Shown: positions 62,565 to 64,000 of the stretch, piece by piece | Layout of the letters: each line of letters opens with the position of its first letter | How positions within the stretch are numbered: position 1 is the stretch's first letter | DNA from: Geosiphon pyriformis uo1 | Lineage: Eukaryota; Fungi; Glomeromycota | Length of the DNA: 64,000 nucleotides | Direction of reading: 5' to 3' | Assembly (NCBI GenBank): GCA_016748015.1 | Contig: JAAOMT010000040.1 | Span: 186,001-250,000, forward strand | Program-made: the position numbers and the translations under genes | The notes under the pieces: model-generated | Databases searched by the model: none | The model's input: only the letters and a program-made list of their open reading frames with translations | What the model was told of the DNA's origin: nothing

Positions 62565-64000
62565 GTTAAAATTTCTATCATTTCTTGCTGCTTTTTGAAT
62601 GCTATATATATTTGAATTCTCCAATTTAATTTGCTGCCCATTGTCTACGTTTCGATAACAATGATTGGTTCCAGATCTTGTGGTATATTTTCTGGTCTGA
62701 TTAATGAAATTTGTGTTCCTAATTGAAGTATTGATGACGATGATTTCTGTTTTACATGATAAATTTTTAACCAATTTCCATGCACTACTTTCTTTAAAAT
62801 TCTGTCTTCTAATCATAATTTGTAAGCTCCATTTCCTAATGCTTTGTGTATATGGAATAGACCGTCTCACTTTGGGTTGAACTTTCCACTCCACTGTTTC
62901 TCAGCTTTTGTACAATGTAACAGTACTTGGTCTCCAATCTTGAATTTCATTGGTTGTTCTGGCAGGTGTTTATCATGTCTTTCTTTTTGTCATTTTTGAG
63001 CATGACTAATATTGTCAGCTGCTGTTCTTTGATTGTTTTCCAATGTTTTCATTAGCTGATATGTTCTTTGGTGTAAGATAGCCTCAAAATTCTCTTCATT
63101 GATTGTTTCTGTTGGGTATGATGGTATCACTTGTTCAATTGATAATGTAGCTTTTCTTTCATAGACTAGTTCGAATGGTATAAACTGAGTTGTATTTTGT
63201 TTTAATGTTCGGTATGCAAAAAGTACAGAAGGTATGAATAAGTCCCATTCTTGTCTGTTTTCATGACTTATTTTTGTTAGTGCTTTGCACAGTGTTCTGT
63301 TAAATTGTTCTACCAGTCTATTTGTTTGTGGGTGGTATGGTGATGATAAGAGTCTCTTTATTCCAAACCATTGGCTTAGTTCAGTCAGCGTATTATTAAC
63401 AAAGAGTGTTCCCTGATCAGATAATAATTCTTTTGGACATCTATGTTGGCAAATTAGGTCTTGATGCACAAATTTGGTGACTGTTTTGGCATTGGCCACT
63501 TGGATTGCTCTGGCTTCTGGCCATTTTGTAAGATAGTATATGGCTACAGCAATATAGCAATTTTCTTGAGATGTAATTGAAAGAGGTCCAACCAAATCAA
63601 TCCTGATTCTATCAAATAGATTTTCAACTGGAATGGGTTGAAGTGGTTTTGTTGATCTTGCTTCTTCTCTTCACTGACATGCGTCACAATTGAGCACATA
63701 TTCGAAAATGTCTTTGTGTATCATTGGCCAATAGTATAAGTTTAGTGTTCTTTCGAAGGTAGTGTCTTTGTTAAAGTGTTCTACAGTTGGATCTGAGTGC
63801 ACACTATATAGTATAGTTTCTCTTTTACTGTTTGTGATTAGTCGTTGTGGGTTGGGGTGGTTTCGGCATTCTCGTCAATATAGTTGGTTGTCTTGAATAA
63901 AATAATTTCGGGCTTGTTTTCGTATGGTATTCTGTTCCTGTTGAGATAATATCTCCTTAAAACATAGTGTCGATAGGTACTGATATAGTCATTGATAAGT

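Larger units (their letters stand above)
60733..64000 (-). mobile_element. Element G: 3' end of another Gypsy family (integrase, ORF3, PPT, 3' LTR 60733-61815); continues past the window edge
   Basis: IN ORF 62990-63595 (YLTKWPEA, LLSDQG, SPYHPQTN..VE), PPT AAAAAGAGAGGGATAA on the minus strand, LTR termini form an inverted repeat. Confidence 0.88.

Overview
Very AT-rich eukaryotic DNA, most likely fungal: short GT-AG introns and a TE content resembling Glomeromycotina/Mucoromycota (inferred, not demonstrated). A small CpG-retaining gene island (544-3311) holds two intact spliced genes on the minus strand, an alpha/beta hydrolase and an NAD(P)-dependent beta-hydroxyacid/6PGD-like dehydrogenase. 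The remaining ~60 kb is a nest of decayed retroelements: LINE relics, a solo LTR, and eight Ty3/Gypsy LTR retrotransposon copies labelled A-H. Several have resolvable TG..CA LTRs, PBS, PPT and 4-bp TSDs, and all show heavy C>T/G>A erosion. The Gypsy elements share an unusual layout: Gag - protease - Cys-rich Zn-finger-like domain - dUTPase - RT - RNaseH, then a stop at a conserved position and an integrase that appears to start at its own Met and ends in a conserved PxIxI[ET]-like motif, then a conserved non-Env ORF3 that runs to or into the 3' LTR. Each LTR type except F carries a different array of short repeats with ~10- or ~20-bp period just upstream of the TATA box. The best candidate for an undescribed system is ORF3 plus its family-specific U3 array, possibly a transactivator or anti-silencing pair; this is a hypothesis only.
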